From: Vicugna vicugna | Taxonomy: Eukaryota | Length of the DNA: 64,000 nucleotides | Direction of reading: 5' to 3' | Assembly (NCBI GenBank): GCA_013265495.1 | Contig: MU058059.1 | Location: 930,001-994,000, forward strand | Shown: positions 63,533 through 64,000 of the stretch, one piece after another | How the letters are laid out: each line of letters opens with the position of its first letter | Numbering within the stretch: the first letter of the stretch is position 1 | The notes under the pieces: model-generated | The model's input: the letters and a program-made list of their open reading frames with translations, nothing else | Database searches by the model: none | What the model was told of the DNA's origin: nothing | Position numbers and translations under genes: made by a program

Positions 63533-63775
63533 ATTTTTTTATTGAAGTGTAATTGATTAACAATGGTAGTTTCAGGTGTACAGCAGAGTGATTCAGTCGT
63601 ACATATATATATATATCTTCTTTCAGATCCTTTTTCATTATATGTTATTACAAGAAGTTGAATACAGTTCCGTGTGCTCTACAGAGGGTCCTCGTTGTTT
63701 TATCTATTTTATACACAGTTTATCTATTTTGTATACAGTGTGTCTATTAATCCCCAGCCCCTAGTTATCCCTCTT
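63533..63775 (-). mobile_element. L1 3' end fragment
   Basis: ttttttattgaagtgtaattgattaacaatggtagtttcaggtgtacagcagagtgattcagt. Confidence 0.85.
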
Positions 63776-64000
63776 CATAGGCGTCAGCACCTTAAGGGTG
63801 AGGACAGCTAGGACAACAAGTCCCGTCTCAAATGACCCGAGCACAAAGCCGCACTCCGAGGCCCCGCTGTCGGGGAGAACGCTTACAGACGGTGAACGAA
63901 TGAATGAACAGTGTGTCTCTGAGCCTCACGAACATGTCAGTGTGGCTGGTCTCACCACCACCCAGGAGCCCCGTACATTCAGACGAGCAGCACTGCACAG

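Overview
Mammalian genomic DNA, probably camelid (inferred from a camelid-type tRNA-derived SINE). The whole window lies inside one minus-strand gene, EPB41L3 (protein 4.1B/DAL-1). I could place twelve consecutive coding exons with GT-AG boundaries and consistent phases. They run from the ATG exon (58574) through the FERM and FERM-adjacent domains to the large 564-nt exon (1388-825): 2148 nt or 716 codons with the long exon-12 acceptor. The 5' non-coding exon(s) and the 3' exons lie outside the window. Exon numbers follow my recollection of the human gene. The introns contain L1 3' ends, camelid SINEs, Tigger/MER2 and MER5-like DNA transposons, L2/MIR relics, a MaLR LTR and an ERV solo LTR. 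I found no prokaryote-type system, CRISPR array or RNA gene. The best leads concern isoform regulation: a candidate internal promoter and first exon in intron 9 that is in frame with exon 10, two candidate microexons flanking exon 12 (8 nt and 27 nt), an uncharged 36-aa segment in the large exon, and a sense-oriented solo LTR upstream of the FERM-start Met. All of these are sequence-based hypotheses that need transcript evidence.
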